DNA from: the human T2T-CHM13v2.0 reference genome, Homo sapiens
DNA: 64,000 nt
NCBI RefSeq assembly: GCF_009914755.1
Contig: NC_060939.1
Direction: 5' to 3' (one strand)
Part shown: one piece after another, positions 37,970 to 51,700 of the stretch
Layout: the number at the start of each line of letters is the position of its first letter
Position numbering within the stretch: position 1 is the first letter of the stretch
Translations under genes and position numbers: made by a program
The notes under the pieces: model-generated
Databases searched by the model: none
Seen by the model: the letters and a program-made list of their open reading frames with translations, nothing else
Told to the model about the DNA's origin: nothing

Positions 37970-39758
37970 TTGAGTCCATTCAATTCCATTCCTTTCGTTT
38001 CCATTCCATTTGATGCCATTCCATTCAATTCTGTTCTACTCGACTCCAATACATTCAATTCCATTCCATCCGATTCCATTACATTCTTTTCATTTCTTAT
38101 CCATTTCAAGCCATTCCACTCCATTCCATTCCACTCGTTTCCTTTCCATTCGAGTCCATTCCTCTCCAGTCCATTCCGTTCAATCCATTCCATTCCAGTC
38201 CATTCCATTCGAGTCCGTTCCATTCCAGTCCATTCCATTCGAGTCAATTCCATCCCATTCGATGTCTTTCCATAAAGATCCATTCCATTCTATTCCTTTC
38301 GATTCCATTCCATTCTATTTCATTCCATTCGATTCCCTTCCATTGGACTCCTTTCCATTCGAGTGCATTCCATTCCGTTCCATTTCTTTCCGTTCTGTAC
38401 GATTCCTACCGTTCGATTTCATTTTGTTCCAGTCCATTCCTTTCGCGTCCATTCCATTCCATTTCACTCCATTCGATTCCATTCCACTCGATTCCACTTC
38501 GTTCCATTTCATTGCATTCCATTCTATTCAAATCTATTGCCTTCCATTCCATTCCATTCGATTACATTCCATGCGATTCCATTCGAAATCGAATCAATTA
38601 CATTGCAATCCATTACTATTGAGTCCATTTTATTCCAGTCCACTGCATTCTGGTCCATTCCATTTGATTCCATTCCATTCTATTCCATTCCATACAGTTG
38701 CATTCCATTGGATTCCAATCTATATCTATAAATTCAATTCGAGACCATTGCTTTTGAGTCCATTCTATATGATTCCATTCCATTCAAGTCCATTACATTT
38801 GGTTCAATTCCATTCCATTCCATTCCCTTCCATTCCATTCCAGTTGATATCAATCCATTCGATTCCATTCCATTCGAGCACATTCCATTCGAGTCCATTC
38901 CATTCGATGCCATTCCATTTGATTCTATTCCATTAGTCTCCATTCAATTCCATTAATCTCCATTCCATTCCATTCTACTCCAACTGATTCCATTCCATTC
39001 TATTCCTTTCCATTCCATTTCATTCCATTCCATTCCATTTCATTCCATTCCATTCCATTCGTGTCCATTCCACTCCAGTCCATTCCATTCGTGTCCATTC
39101 CATTCCAGTCCATTCCATTTGTGTCCACTGCATTCCATTCCACTCCATTCCATATTATTCCATTACACTCCATTCCATTCTATTACTTTCATTTCCATTC
39201 AATTCCATTCCATTTGATTCCATTCCACTCGGTTTCATTCCATTTGAGTCCACTCCATTCCATTCCATTCCATTCAGTTCCATTCCATTCTGTTCCATTC
39301 CATTCCGTTCCATTACATTCCATTCCATTCGGTACCATTCCATATTGTTCCATTCGATTCCATTCGAATCCATTCCATTCCAGTCCATTCCATTCGATTC
39401 CATTCCATTCATTTCAATTCCATTCCATTCCATTCCATTACATTCCACTTGATTCCTCTCCATTCCCTTCCACTGCATTCCGTTCGATTCCATTCCATTG
39501 CATTGCATTCCATTCCATTGGATTGCATTCCATTCGATTCCATTCCATTCGAATCAATTACATAGCAATCCATTACATTCGAGTCTATTCTCTTCCGTTC
39601 CATTCGATTTCGTTCCAATCCATTCGATTCCATTCCATTCGATTCCATTCCATACTATTGCATTCCATTCGATTACATTATATTCGAATAAGTTCCATTC
39701 AAGACCATTTCTTTTGAGTCCATTCTATTTGAGTCCATTCCCTTTGATTCCATAACAT
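37970..39758 (+). repeat. Chimeric B/A unit U22 (1789 bp)
   Basis: 5' part carries U11-specific variants; 3' part is type A. Confidence 0.88.
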
Positions 39759-42700
39759 TTGAGTCCATTCAATTCCATTCCTTTCGTTTCCATTCCATTT
39801 GATGCCATTCCATTCAATTCTGTTCTACTCGACTCCAATACATTCAATTCCATTCCATCCGATTCCATTACATTCTTTTCATTTCTTATCCATTTCAAGC
39901 CATTCCACTCCATTCCATTCCACTCGTTTCTTTTCCATTCGAGTCCATTCCTCTCCAGTCCATTCCGTTCAATCCATTCCATTCCAGTCCATTCCATTCG
40001 AGTCCGTTCCATTCCAGTCCATTCCATTCGAGTCAATTCCATTCCATTCGATGTCTTTCCATAACGATCCATTCCATTCTATTCCTTTCGATTCCATTCT
40101 ATTCTATTTCATTCCATTCGATTCCCTTCCATTGGACTCCTTTCCATTCGAGTGCATTCCATTCCGTTCCATTTCTTTCCGTTCTGTACGATTCCTACCG
40201 TTCAATTTCATTTTGTTCCAGTCCATTCTTTCGCGTCCATTCCATTCCATTTCACTCCATTCGATTCCATTCCACTCGATTCCACTTCGTTCCATTTCAT
40301 TGCATTCCATTCTATTCAACTCTATTGCCTTCCATTCCATTCCATTCGATTACATTCCATGCGATTCCATTCGAAATCGAATCAATTACATTGCAATCCA
40401 TTACTATTGAGTCCGTTTTATTCCAGTCCACTGCATTCTGGTCCATTCCATTTGATTCCATTCCATTCTATTCCATTCCATACAGTTGCATTCCATTGGA
40501 TTCCATGCTATATCTATAAATTCAATTCGAGACCATTGCTTTTGAGTCCATTCTATATGATTCCATTCCATTCAAGTCCATTACATTTGGTTAAATTCCA
40601 TTCCATTCGGTTCAATTCCATTCCATTCCATTCCCTTCCATTCCATTCCAGTTGATATCAATCCATTCGATTCCATTCCATTCGAGCACATTCCATTCGA
40701 GTCCATTCCATTCGATGCCATTCCATTTGATTCTATTCCATTAGTCTCCATTCAATTCCATTAATCTCCATTCCATTCCATTCTACTCCAACTGATTCCA
40801 TTCCATTCTATTCCTTTTTATTCCATTTCATTCCATTCCATTCCATTCCATTCCATTCCATTCGTGTCCATTCCACTCCAGTCCATTCCATTCGTATCCA
40901 TTCCATTCCAGTCCATTCCATTTGTGTCCACTGCATTCCATTCCACTCCATTCCATATTATTCCATTACACTCCATTCCATTCTATTACTTTCATTTCCA
41001 TTCAATTCCATTCCATTTGATTCCATTCCACTCGGTTTCATTCCATTTGAGTCCACTCCATTCCATTCCATTCCATTCAGTTCCATTCCATTCTGTTCCA
41101 TTCCATTCCGTTCCATTACATTCCATTCCATTCGGTACCATTCCATATTGTTCCATTCGATTCCATTCGAATCCATTCCATTCCAGTCCATTCCATTCGA
41201 TTCCATTCCATTCATTTCAATTCCATTCCATTCCATTCCATTACATTCCACTTGATTCCTCTCCATTCCCTTCCACTGCATTCCGTTCGATTCCATTCCA
41301 TTGCATTGCATTCCATTCCATTGGATTGCATTCCATTCGATTCCATTCCATTCGAATCAATTACATAGCAATCCATTACATTCGAGTCTATTCTCTTCCG
41401 TTCCATTCGATTTCGTTCCAATCCATTCGATTCCATTCCATTCGATTCCATTCCATACTATTGCATTCCATTCGATTACATTATATTCGAATAAGTTCCA
41501 TTCAAGACCATTTCTTTTGAGTCCATTCTATTTGAGTCCATTCCCTTTGATTCCATAACATTTGAGTCCATTCAATTCCATTCCTTTCGTTTCCATTCCA
41601 TTTGATGCCATTCCATTCAATTCTGTTCTACTCGACTCCAATACATTCAATTCCATTCCATCCGATTCCATTACATTCTTTTCATTTCTTATCCATTTCA
41701 AGCCATTCCACTCCATTCCATTCAACTCGTTTCCTTTCCATTCGAGTCCATTCCTCTCCAGTCCATTCCGTTCAATCCATTCCATTCCAGTCCATTCCAT
41801 TCGAGTCCGTTCCATTCCAGTCCATTCCATTCGAGTCAATTCCATTCCATTCGATGTCTTTCCATAACGATCCATTCCATTCTATTCCTTTCGATTCCAT
41901 TCCATTCTATTTCATTCCATTCGATTCCCTTCCATTGGACTCCTTTCCATTCGAGTGCATTCCATTCCGTTCCATTACTTTCCGTTCTGTACGATTCCTA
42001 CCGTTCGATTTCATTTTGTTCCAGTCCATTCTTTCGCGTCCATTCCATTCCATTTCACTCCATTCGATTCCATTCCACTCGATTCCACTTCGTTCCATTT
42101 CATTGCATTCCATTCTATTCAACTCTATTGCCTTCCATTCCATTCCATTCGATTACATTCCATGCGATTCCATTCGAAATCGAATCAATTACATTGCAAT
42201 TCATTACTATTGAGTCCGTTTTATTCCAGTCCACTGCATTCTGGTCCATTCCATTTGATTCCATTCCATTCTATTCCATTCCATACAGTTGCATTCCATT
42301 GGATTCCATGCTATATCTATAAATTCAATTCGAGACCATTGCTTTTGAGTCCATTCTATATGATTCCATTCCATTCAAGTCCATTACATTTGGTTAAATT
42401 CCATTCCATTCGGTTCAATTCCATTCCATTCCATTCCCTTCCATTCCATTCCAGTTGATATCAATCCATTCGATTCCATTCCATTCGAGCACATTCCATT
42501 CGAGTCCATTCCATTCGATGCCATTCCATTTGATTCTATTCCATTAGTCTCCATTCAATTCCATTAATCTCCATTCCATTCCATTCTACTCCAACTGATT
42601 CCATTCCATTCTATTCCTTTTTATTCCATTTCATTCCATTCCATTCCATTCCATTCCATTCCATTCGTGTCCATTCCACTCCAGTCCATTCCATTCGTAT

Positions 42701-45700
42701 CCATTCCATTCCAGTCCATTCCATTTGTGTCCACTGCATTCCATTCCACTCCATTCCATATTATTCCATTACACTCCATTCCATTCTATTACTTTCATTT
42801 CCATTCAATTCCATTCCATTTGATTCCATTCCACTCGGTTTCATTCCATTTGAGTCCACTCCATTCCATTCCATTCCATTCAGTTCCATTCCATTCTGTT
42901 CCATTCCATTCCGTTCCATTACATTCCATTCCATTCGGTACCATTCCATATTGTTCCATTCGATTCCATTCGAATCCATTCCATTCCAGTCCATTCCATT
43001 CGATTCCATTCCATTCATTTCAATTCCATTCCATTCCATTCCATTACATTCCACTTGATTCCTCTCCATTCCCTTCCACTGCATTCCGTTCGATTCCATT
43101 CCATTGCATTGCATTCCATTCCATTGGATTGCATTCCATTCGATTCCATTCCATTCGAATCAATTACATAGCAATCCATTACATTCGAGTCTATTCTCTT
43201 CCGTTCCATTCGATTTCGTTCCAATCCATTCGATTCCATTCCATTCGATTCCATTCCATACTATTGCATTCCATTCGATTACATTATATTCGAATAAGTT
43301 CCATTCAAGACCATTTCTTTTGAGTCCATTCTATTTGAGTCCATTCCCTTTGATTCCATAACATTTGAGTCCATTCAATTCCATTCCTTTCGTTTCCATT
43401 CCATTTGATGCCATTCCATTCAATTCTGTTCTACTCGACTCCAATACATTCAATTCCATTCCATCCGATTCCATTACATTCTTTTCATTTCTTATCCATT
43501 TCAAGCCATTCCACTCCATTCCATTCCACTCGTTTCCTTTCCATTCGAGTCCATTCCTCTCCAGTCCATTCCGTTCAATCCATTCCATTCCAGTCCATTC
43601 CATTCGAGTCCGTTCCATTCCAGTCCATTCCATTCGAGTCAATTCCATTCCATTCGATGTCTTTCCATAACGATCCATTCCATTCTATTCCTTTCGATTC
43701 CATTCCATTCTATTTCATTCCATTCGATTCCCTTCCATTGGACTCCTTTCCATTCGAGTGCATTCCATTCCGTTCCATTTCTTTCCGTTCTGTACGATTC
43801 CTACCGTTCGGTTTCATTTTGTTCCAGTCCATTCTTTCGCGTCCATTCCATTCCATTTCACTCCATTCGATTCCATTCCACTCGATTCCACTTCGTTCCA
43901 TTTCATTGCATTCCATTCTATTCAACTCTATTGCCTTCCATTCCATTCCATTCGATTACATTCCATGCGATTCCATTCGAAATCGAATCAATTACATTGC
44001 AATCCATTACTATTGAGTCCGTTTTATTCCAGTCCACTGCATTCTGGTCCATTCCATTTGATTCCATTCCATTCTATTCCATTCCATACAGTTGCATTCC
44101 ATTGGATTCCATGCTATATCTATAAATTCAATTCGAGACCATTGCTTTTGAGTCCATTCTATATGATTCCATTCCATTCAAGTCCATTACATTTGGTTAA
44201 ATTCCATTCCATTCGGTTCAATTCCATTCCATTCCATTCCCTTCCATTCCATTCCAGTTGATATCAATCCATTCGATTCCATTCCATTCGAGCACATTCC
44301 ATTCGAGTCCATTCCATTCGATGCCATTCCATTTGATTCTATTCCATTAGTCTCCATTCAATTCCATTAATCTCCATTCCATTCCATTCTACTCCAACTG
44401 ATTCCATTCCATTCTATTCATTTCCATTCCATTTCATTCCATTCCATTCCATTCCATTCCATTCCATTCGTGTCCATTCCACTCCAGTCCATTCCATTCG
44501 TATCCATTCCATTCCAGTCCATTCCATTTGTGTCCACTGCATTCCATTCCACTCCATTCCATATTATTCCATTACACTCCATTCCATTCTATTACTTTCA
44601 TTTCCATTCAATTCCATTCCATTTGATTCCATTCCACTCGGTTTCATTCCATTTGAGTCCACTCCATTCCATTCCATTCCATTCAGTTCCATTCCATTCT
44701 GTTCCATTCCATTCCGTTCCATTACATTCCATTCCATTCGGTACCATTCCATATTGTTCCATTCGATTCCATTCGAATCCATTCCATTCCAGTCCATTCC
44801 ATTCGATTCCATTCCATTCATTTCAATTCCATTCCATTCCATTCCATTCCATTCCACTTGATTCCTCTCCATTCCCTTCCACTGCATTCCGTTCGATTCC
44901 ATTCCATTGCATTGCATTCCATTCCATTGGATTGCATTCCATTCGATTCCATTCCATTCGAATCAATTACATAGCAATCCATTACATTCGAGTCTATTCT
45001 ATTCCGTTCCATTCGATTTCGTTCCAATCCATTCGATTCCATTCCATTCGATTCCATTCCATACTATTGCATTCCATTCGATTACATTATATTCGAATAA
45101 GTTCCATTCAAGACCATTTCTTTTGAGTCCATTCTATTTGAGTCCATTCCCTTTGATTCCATAACATTTGAGTCCATTCAATTCCATTCCTTTCGTTTCC
45201 ATTCCATTTGATGCCATTCCATTCAATTCTGTTCTACTCGACTCCAATACATTCAATTCCATTCCATCCGATTCCATTACATTCTTTTCATTTCTTATCC
45301 ATTTCAAGCCATTCCACTCCATTCCATTCCACTCGTTTCCTTTCCATTCGAGTCCATTCCTCTCCAGTCCATTCCGTTCAATCCATTCCATTCCAGTCCA
45401 TTCCATTCGAGTCCGTTCCATTCCAGTCCATTCCATTCGAGTCAATTCCATTCCATTCGATGTCTTTCCATAACGATCCATTCCATTCTATTCCTTTCGA
45501 TTCCATTCCATTCTATTTCATTCCATTCGATTCCCTTCCATTGGACTCCTTTCCATTCGAGTGCATTCCATTCCGTTCCATTTCTTTCCGTTCTGTACGA
45601 TTCCTACCGTTCGATTTCATTTTGTTCCAGTCCATTCTTTCGCGTCCATTCCATTCCATTTCACTCCATTCGATTCCATTCCACTCGATTCCACTTCGTT

Positions 45701-48700
45701 CCATTTCATTGCATTCCATTCTATTCAACTCTATTGCCTTCCATTCCATTCCATTCGATTACATTCCATGCGATTCCATTCGAAATCGAATCAATTACAT
45801 TGCAATCCATTACTATTGAGTCCGTTTTATTCCAGTCCACTGCATTCTGGTCCATTCCATTTGATTCCATTCCATTCTATTCCATTCCATACAGTTGCAT
45901 TCCATTGGATTCCATGCTATATCTATAAATTCAATTCGAGACCATTGCTTTGGAGTCCATTCTATATGATTCCATTCCATTCAAGTCCATTACATTTGGT
46001 TAAATTCCATTCCATTCGGTTCAATTCCATTCCATTCCATTCCCTTCCATTCCATTCCAGTTGATATCAATCCATTCGATTCCATTCCATTCGAGCACAT
46101 TCCATTCGAGTCCATTCCATTCGATGCCATTCCATTTGATTCTATTCCATTAGTCTCCATTCAATTCCATTAATCTCCATTCCATTCCATTCTACTCCAA
46201 CTGATTCCATTCCATTCTATTCCTTTTTATTCCATTTCATTCCATTCCATTCCATTCCATTCCATTCCATTCGTGTCCATTCCACTCCAGTCCATTCCAT
46301 TCGTATCCATTCCATTCCAGTCCATTCCATTTGTGTCCACTGCATTCCATTCCACTCCATTCCATATTATTCCATTACACTCCATTCCATTCTATTACTT
46401 TCATTTCCATTCAATTCCATTCCATTTGATTCCATTCCACTCGGTTTCATTCCATTTGAGTCCACTCCATTCCATTCCATTCCATTCAGTTCCATTCCAT
46501 TCTGTTCCATTCCATTCCGTTCCATTACATTCCATTCCATTCGGTACCATTCCATATTGTTCCATTCGATTCCATTCGAATCCATTCCATTCCAGTCCAT
46601 TCCATTCGATTCCATTCCATTCATTTCAATTCCATTCCATTCCATTCCATTCCATTCCACTTGATTCCTCTCCATTCCCTTCCACTGCATTCCGTTCGAT
46701 TCCATTCCATTGCATTGCATTCCATTCCATTGGATTGCATTCCATTCGATTCCATTCCATTCGAATCAATTACATAGCAATCCATTACATTCGAGTCTAT
46801 TCTATTCCGTTCCATTCGATTTCGTTCCAATCCATTCGATTCCATTCCATTCGATTCCATTCCATACTATTGCATTCCATTCGATTACATTATATTCGAA
46901 TAAGTTCCATTCAAGACCATTTCTTTTGAGTCCATTCTATTTGAGTCCATTCCCTTTGATTCCATAACATTTGAGTCCATTCAATTCCATTCCTTTCGTT
47001 TCCATTCCATTTGATGCCATTCCATTCAATTCTGTTCTACTCGACTCCAATACATTCAATTCCATTCCATCCGATTCCATTACATTCTTTTCATTTCTTA
47101 TCCATTTCAAGCCATTCCACTCCATTCCATTCCACTCGTTTCCTTTCCATTCGAGTCCATTCCTCTCCAGTCCATTCCGTTCAATCCATTCCATTCCAGT
47201 CCATTCCATTCGAGTCCGTTCCATTCCAGTCCATTCCATTCGAGTCAATTCCATTCCATTCGATGTCTTTCCATAACGATCCATTCCATTCTATTCCTTT
47301 CGATTCCATTCCATTCTATTTCATTCCATTCGATTCCCTTCCATTGGACTCCTTTCCATTCGAGTGCATTCCATTCCGTTCCATTTCTTTCCGTTCTGTA
47401 CGATTCCTACCGTTCGATTTCATTTTGTTCCAGTCCATTCTTTCGCGTCCATTCCATTCCATTTCACTCCATTCGATTCCATTCCACTCGATTCCACTTC
47501 GTTCCATTTCATTGCATTCCATTCTATTCAACTCTATTGCCTTCCATTCCATTCCATTCGATTACATTCCATGCGATTCCATTCGAAATCGAATCAATTA
47601 CATTGCAATCCATTACTATTGAGTCCGTTTTATTCCAGTCCACTGCATTCTGGTCCATTCCATTTGATTCCATTCCATTCTATTCCATTCCATACAGTTG
47701 CATTCCATTGGATTCCATGCTATATCTATAAATTCAATTCGAGACCATTGCTTTTGAGTCCATTCTATATGATTCCATTCCATTCAAGTCCATTACATTT
47801 GGTTAAATTCCATTCCATTCGGTTCAATTCCATTCCATTCCATTCCCTTCCATTCCATTCCAGTTGATATCAATCCATTCGATTCCATTCCATTCGAGCA
47901 CATTCCATTCGAGTCCATTCCATTCGATGCCATTCCATTTGATTCTATTCCATTAGTCTCCATTCAATTCCATTAATCTCCATTCCATTCCATTCTACTC
48001 CAAATGATTCCATTCCATTCTATTCCTTTTTATTCCATTTCATTCCATTCCATTCCATTCCATTCCATTCCATTCCATTCGTGTCCATTCCACTCCAGTC
48101 CATTCCATTCGTATCCATTCCATTCCAGTCCATTCCATTTGTGTCCACTGCATTCCATTCCACTCCATTCCATATTATTCCATTACACTCCATTCCATTC
48201 TATTACTTTCATTTCCATTCAATTCCATTCCATTTGATTCCATTCCACTCGGTTTCATTCCATTTGAGTCCACTCCATTCCATTCCATTCCATTCAGTTC
48301 CATTCCATTCTGTTCCATTCCATTCCGTTCCATTACATTCCATTCCATTCGGTACCATTCCATATTGTTCCATTCGATTCCATTCGAATCCATTCCATTC
48401 CAGTCCATTCCATTCGATTCCATTCCATTCATTTCAATTCCATTCCATTCCATTCCATTACATTCCACTTGATTCCTCTCCATTCCCTTCCACTGCATTC
48501 CGTTCGATTCCATTCCATTGCATTGCATTCCATTCCATTGGATTGCATTCCATTCGATTCCATTCCATTCGAATCAATTACATAGCAATCCATTACATTC
48601 GAGTCTATTCTCTTCCGTTCCATTCGATTTCGTTCCAATCCATTCGATTCCATTCCATTCGATTCCATTCCATACTATTGCATTCCATTCGATTACATTA

Positions 48701-51700
48701 TATTCGAATAAGTTCCATTCAAGACCATTTCTTTTGAGTCCATTCTATTTGAGTCCATTCCCTTTGATTCCATAACATTTGAGTCCATTCAATTCCATTC
48801 CTTTCGTTTCCATTCCATTTGATGCCATTCCATTCAATTCTGTTCTACTCGACTCCAATACATTCAATTCCATTCCATCCGATTCCATTACATTCTTTTC
48901 ATTTCTTATCCATTTCAAGCCATTCCACTCCATTCCATTCCACTCGTTTCTTTTCCATTCGAGTCCATTCCTCTCCAGTCCATTCCGTTCAATCCATTCC
49001 ATTCCAGTCCATTCCATTCGAGTCCGTTCCATTCCAGTCCATTCCATTCGAGTCAATTCCATTCCATTCGATGTCTTTCCATAACGATCCATTCCATTCT
49101 ATTCCTTTCGATTCCATTCTATTCTATTTCATTCCATTCGATTCCCTTCCATTGGACTCCTTTCCATTCGAGTGCATTCCATTCCGTTCCATTTCTTTCC
49201 GTTCTGTACGATTCCTACCGTTCAATTTCATTTTGTTCCAGTCCATTCTTTCGCGTCCATTCCATTCCATTTCACTCCATTCGATTCCATTCCACTCGAT
49301 TCCACTTCGTTCCATTTCATTGCATTCCATTCTATTCAACTCTATTGCCTTCCATTCCATTCCATTCGATTACATTCCATGCGATTCCATTCGAAATCGA
49401 ATCAATTACATTGCAATCCATTACTATTGAGTCCGTTTTATTCCAGTCCACTGCATTCTGGTCCATTCCATTTGATTCCATTCCATTCTATTCCATTCGA
49501 TACAGTTGCATTCCATTGGATTCCATGCTATATCTATAAATTCAATTCGAGACCATTGCTTTTGAGTCCATTCTATATGATTCCATTCCATTCAAGTCCA
49601 TTACATTTGGTTAAATTCCATTCCATTCGGTTCAATTCCATTCCATTCCATTCCCTTCCATTCCATTCCAGTTGATATCAATCCATTCGATTCCATTCCA
49701 TTCGAGCACATTCCATTCGAGTCCATTCCATTCGATGCCATTCCATTTGATTCTATTCCATTAGTCTCCATTCAATTCCATTAATCTCCATTCCATTCCA
49801 TTCTACTCCAACTGATTCCATTCCATTCTATTCCTTTTTATTCCATTTCATTCCATTCCATTCCATTCCATTCCATTCCATTCGTGTCCATTCCACTCCA
49901 GTCCATTCCATTCGTATCCATTCCATTCCAGTCCATTCCATTTGTGTCCACTGCATTCCATTCCACTCCATTCCATATTATTCCATTACACTCCATTCCA
50001 TTCTATTACTTTCATTTCCATTCAATTCCATTCCATTTGATTCCATTCCACTCGGTTTCATTCCATTTGAGTCCACTCCATTCCATTCCATTCCATTCAG
50101 TTCCATTCCATTCTGTTCCATTCCATTCCGTTCCATTACATTCCATTCCATTCGGTACCATTCCATATTGTTCCATTCGATTCCATTCGAATCCATTCCA
50201 TTCCAGTCCATTCCATTCGATTCCATTCCATTCATTTCAATTCCATTCCATTCCATTCCATTCCATTCCACTTGATTCCTCTCCATTCCCTTCCACTGCA
50301 TTCCGTTCGATTCCATTCCATTGCATTGCATTCCATTCCATTGGATTGCATTCCATTCGATTCCATTCCATTCGAATCAATTACATAGCAATCCATTACA
50401 TTCGAGTCTATTCTCTTCCGTTCCATTCGATTTCGTTCCAATCCATTCGATTCCATTCCATTCGATTCCATTCCATACTATTGCATTCCATTCGATTACA
50501 TTATATTCGAATAAGTTCCATTCAAGACCATTTCTTTTGAGTCCATTCTATTTGAGTCCATTCCCTTTGATTCCATAACATTTGAGTCCATTCAATTCCA
50601 TTCCTTTCGTTTCCATTCCATTTGATGCCATTCCATTCAATTCTGTTCTACTCGACTCCAATACATTCAATTCCATTCCATCCGATTCCATTACATTCTT
50701 TTCATTTCTTATCCATTTCAAGCCATTCCACTCCATTCCATTCCACTCGTTTCCTTTCCATTCGAGTCCATTCCTCTCCAGTCCATTCCGTTCAATCCAT
50801 TCCAATCCAGTCCATTCCATTCGAGTCCGTTCCATTCCAGTCCATTCCATTCGAGTCAATTCCATTCCATTCGATGTCTTTCCATAACGATCCATTCCAT
50901 TCTATTCCTTTCGATTCCATTCCATTCTATTTCATTCCATTCGATTCCCTTCCATTGGACTCCTTTCCATTCGAGTGCATTCCATTCCGTTCCATTTCTT
51001 TCCGTTCTGTACGATTCCTACCGTTCGATTTCATTTTGTTCCAGTCCATTCTTTCGCGTCCATTCCATTCCATTTCACTCCATTCGATTCCATTCCACTC
51101 GATTCCACTTCGTTCCATTTCATTGCATTCCATTCTATTCAACTCTATTGCCTTCCATTCCATTCCATTCGATTACATTCCATGCGATTCCATTCGAAAT
51201 CGAATCAATTACATTGCAATCCATTACTATTGAGTCCGTTTTATTCCAGTCCACTGCATTCTGGTCCATTCCATTTGATTCCATTCCATTCTATTCCATT
51301 CCATACAGTTGCATTCCATTGGATTCCATGCTATATCTATAAATTCAATTCGAGACCATTGCTTTTGAGTCCATTCTATATGATTCCATTCCATTCAAGT
51401 CCATTACATTTGGTTAAATTCCATTCCATTCGGTTCAATTCCATTCCATTCCATTCCCTTCCATTCCATTCCAGTTGATATCAATCCATTCGATTCCATT
51501 CCATTCGAGCACATTCCATTCGAGTCCATTCCATTCGATGCCATTCCATTTGATTCTATTCCATTAGTCTCCATTCAATTCCATTAATCTCCATTCCATT
51601 CCATTCTACTCCAACTGATTCCATTCCATTCTATTCATTTCCATTCCATTTCATTCCATTCCATTCCATTCCATTCCATTCCATTCGTGTCCATTCCACT

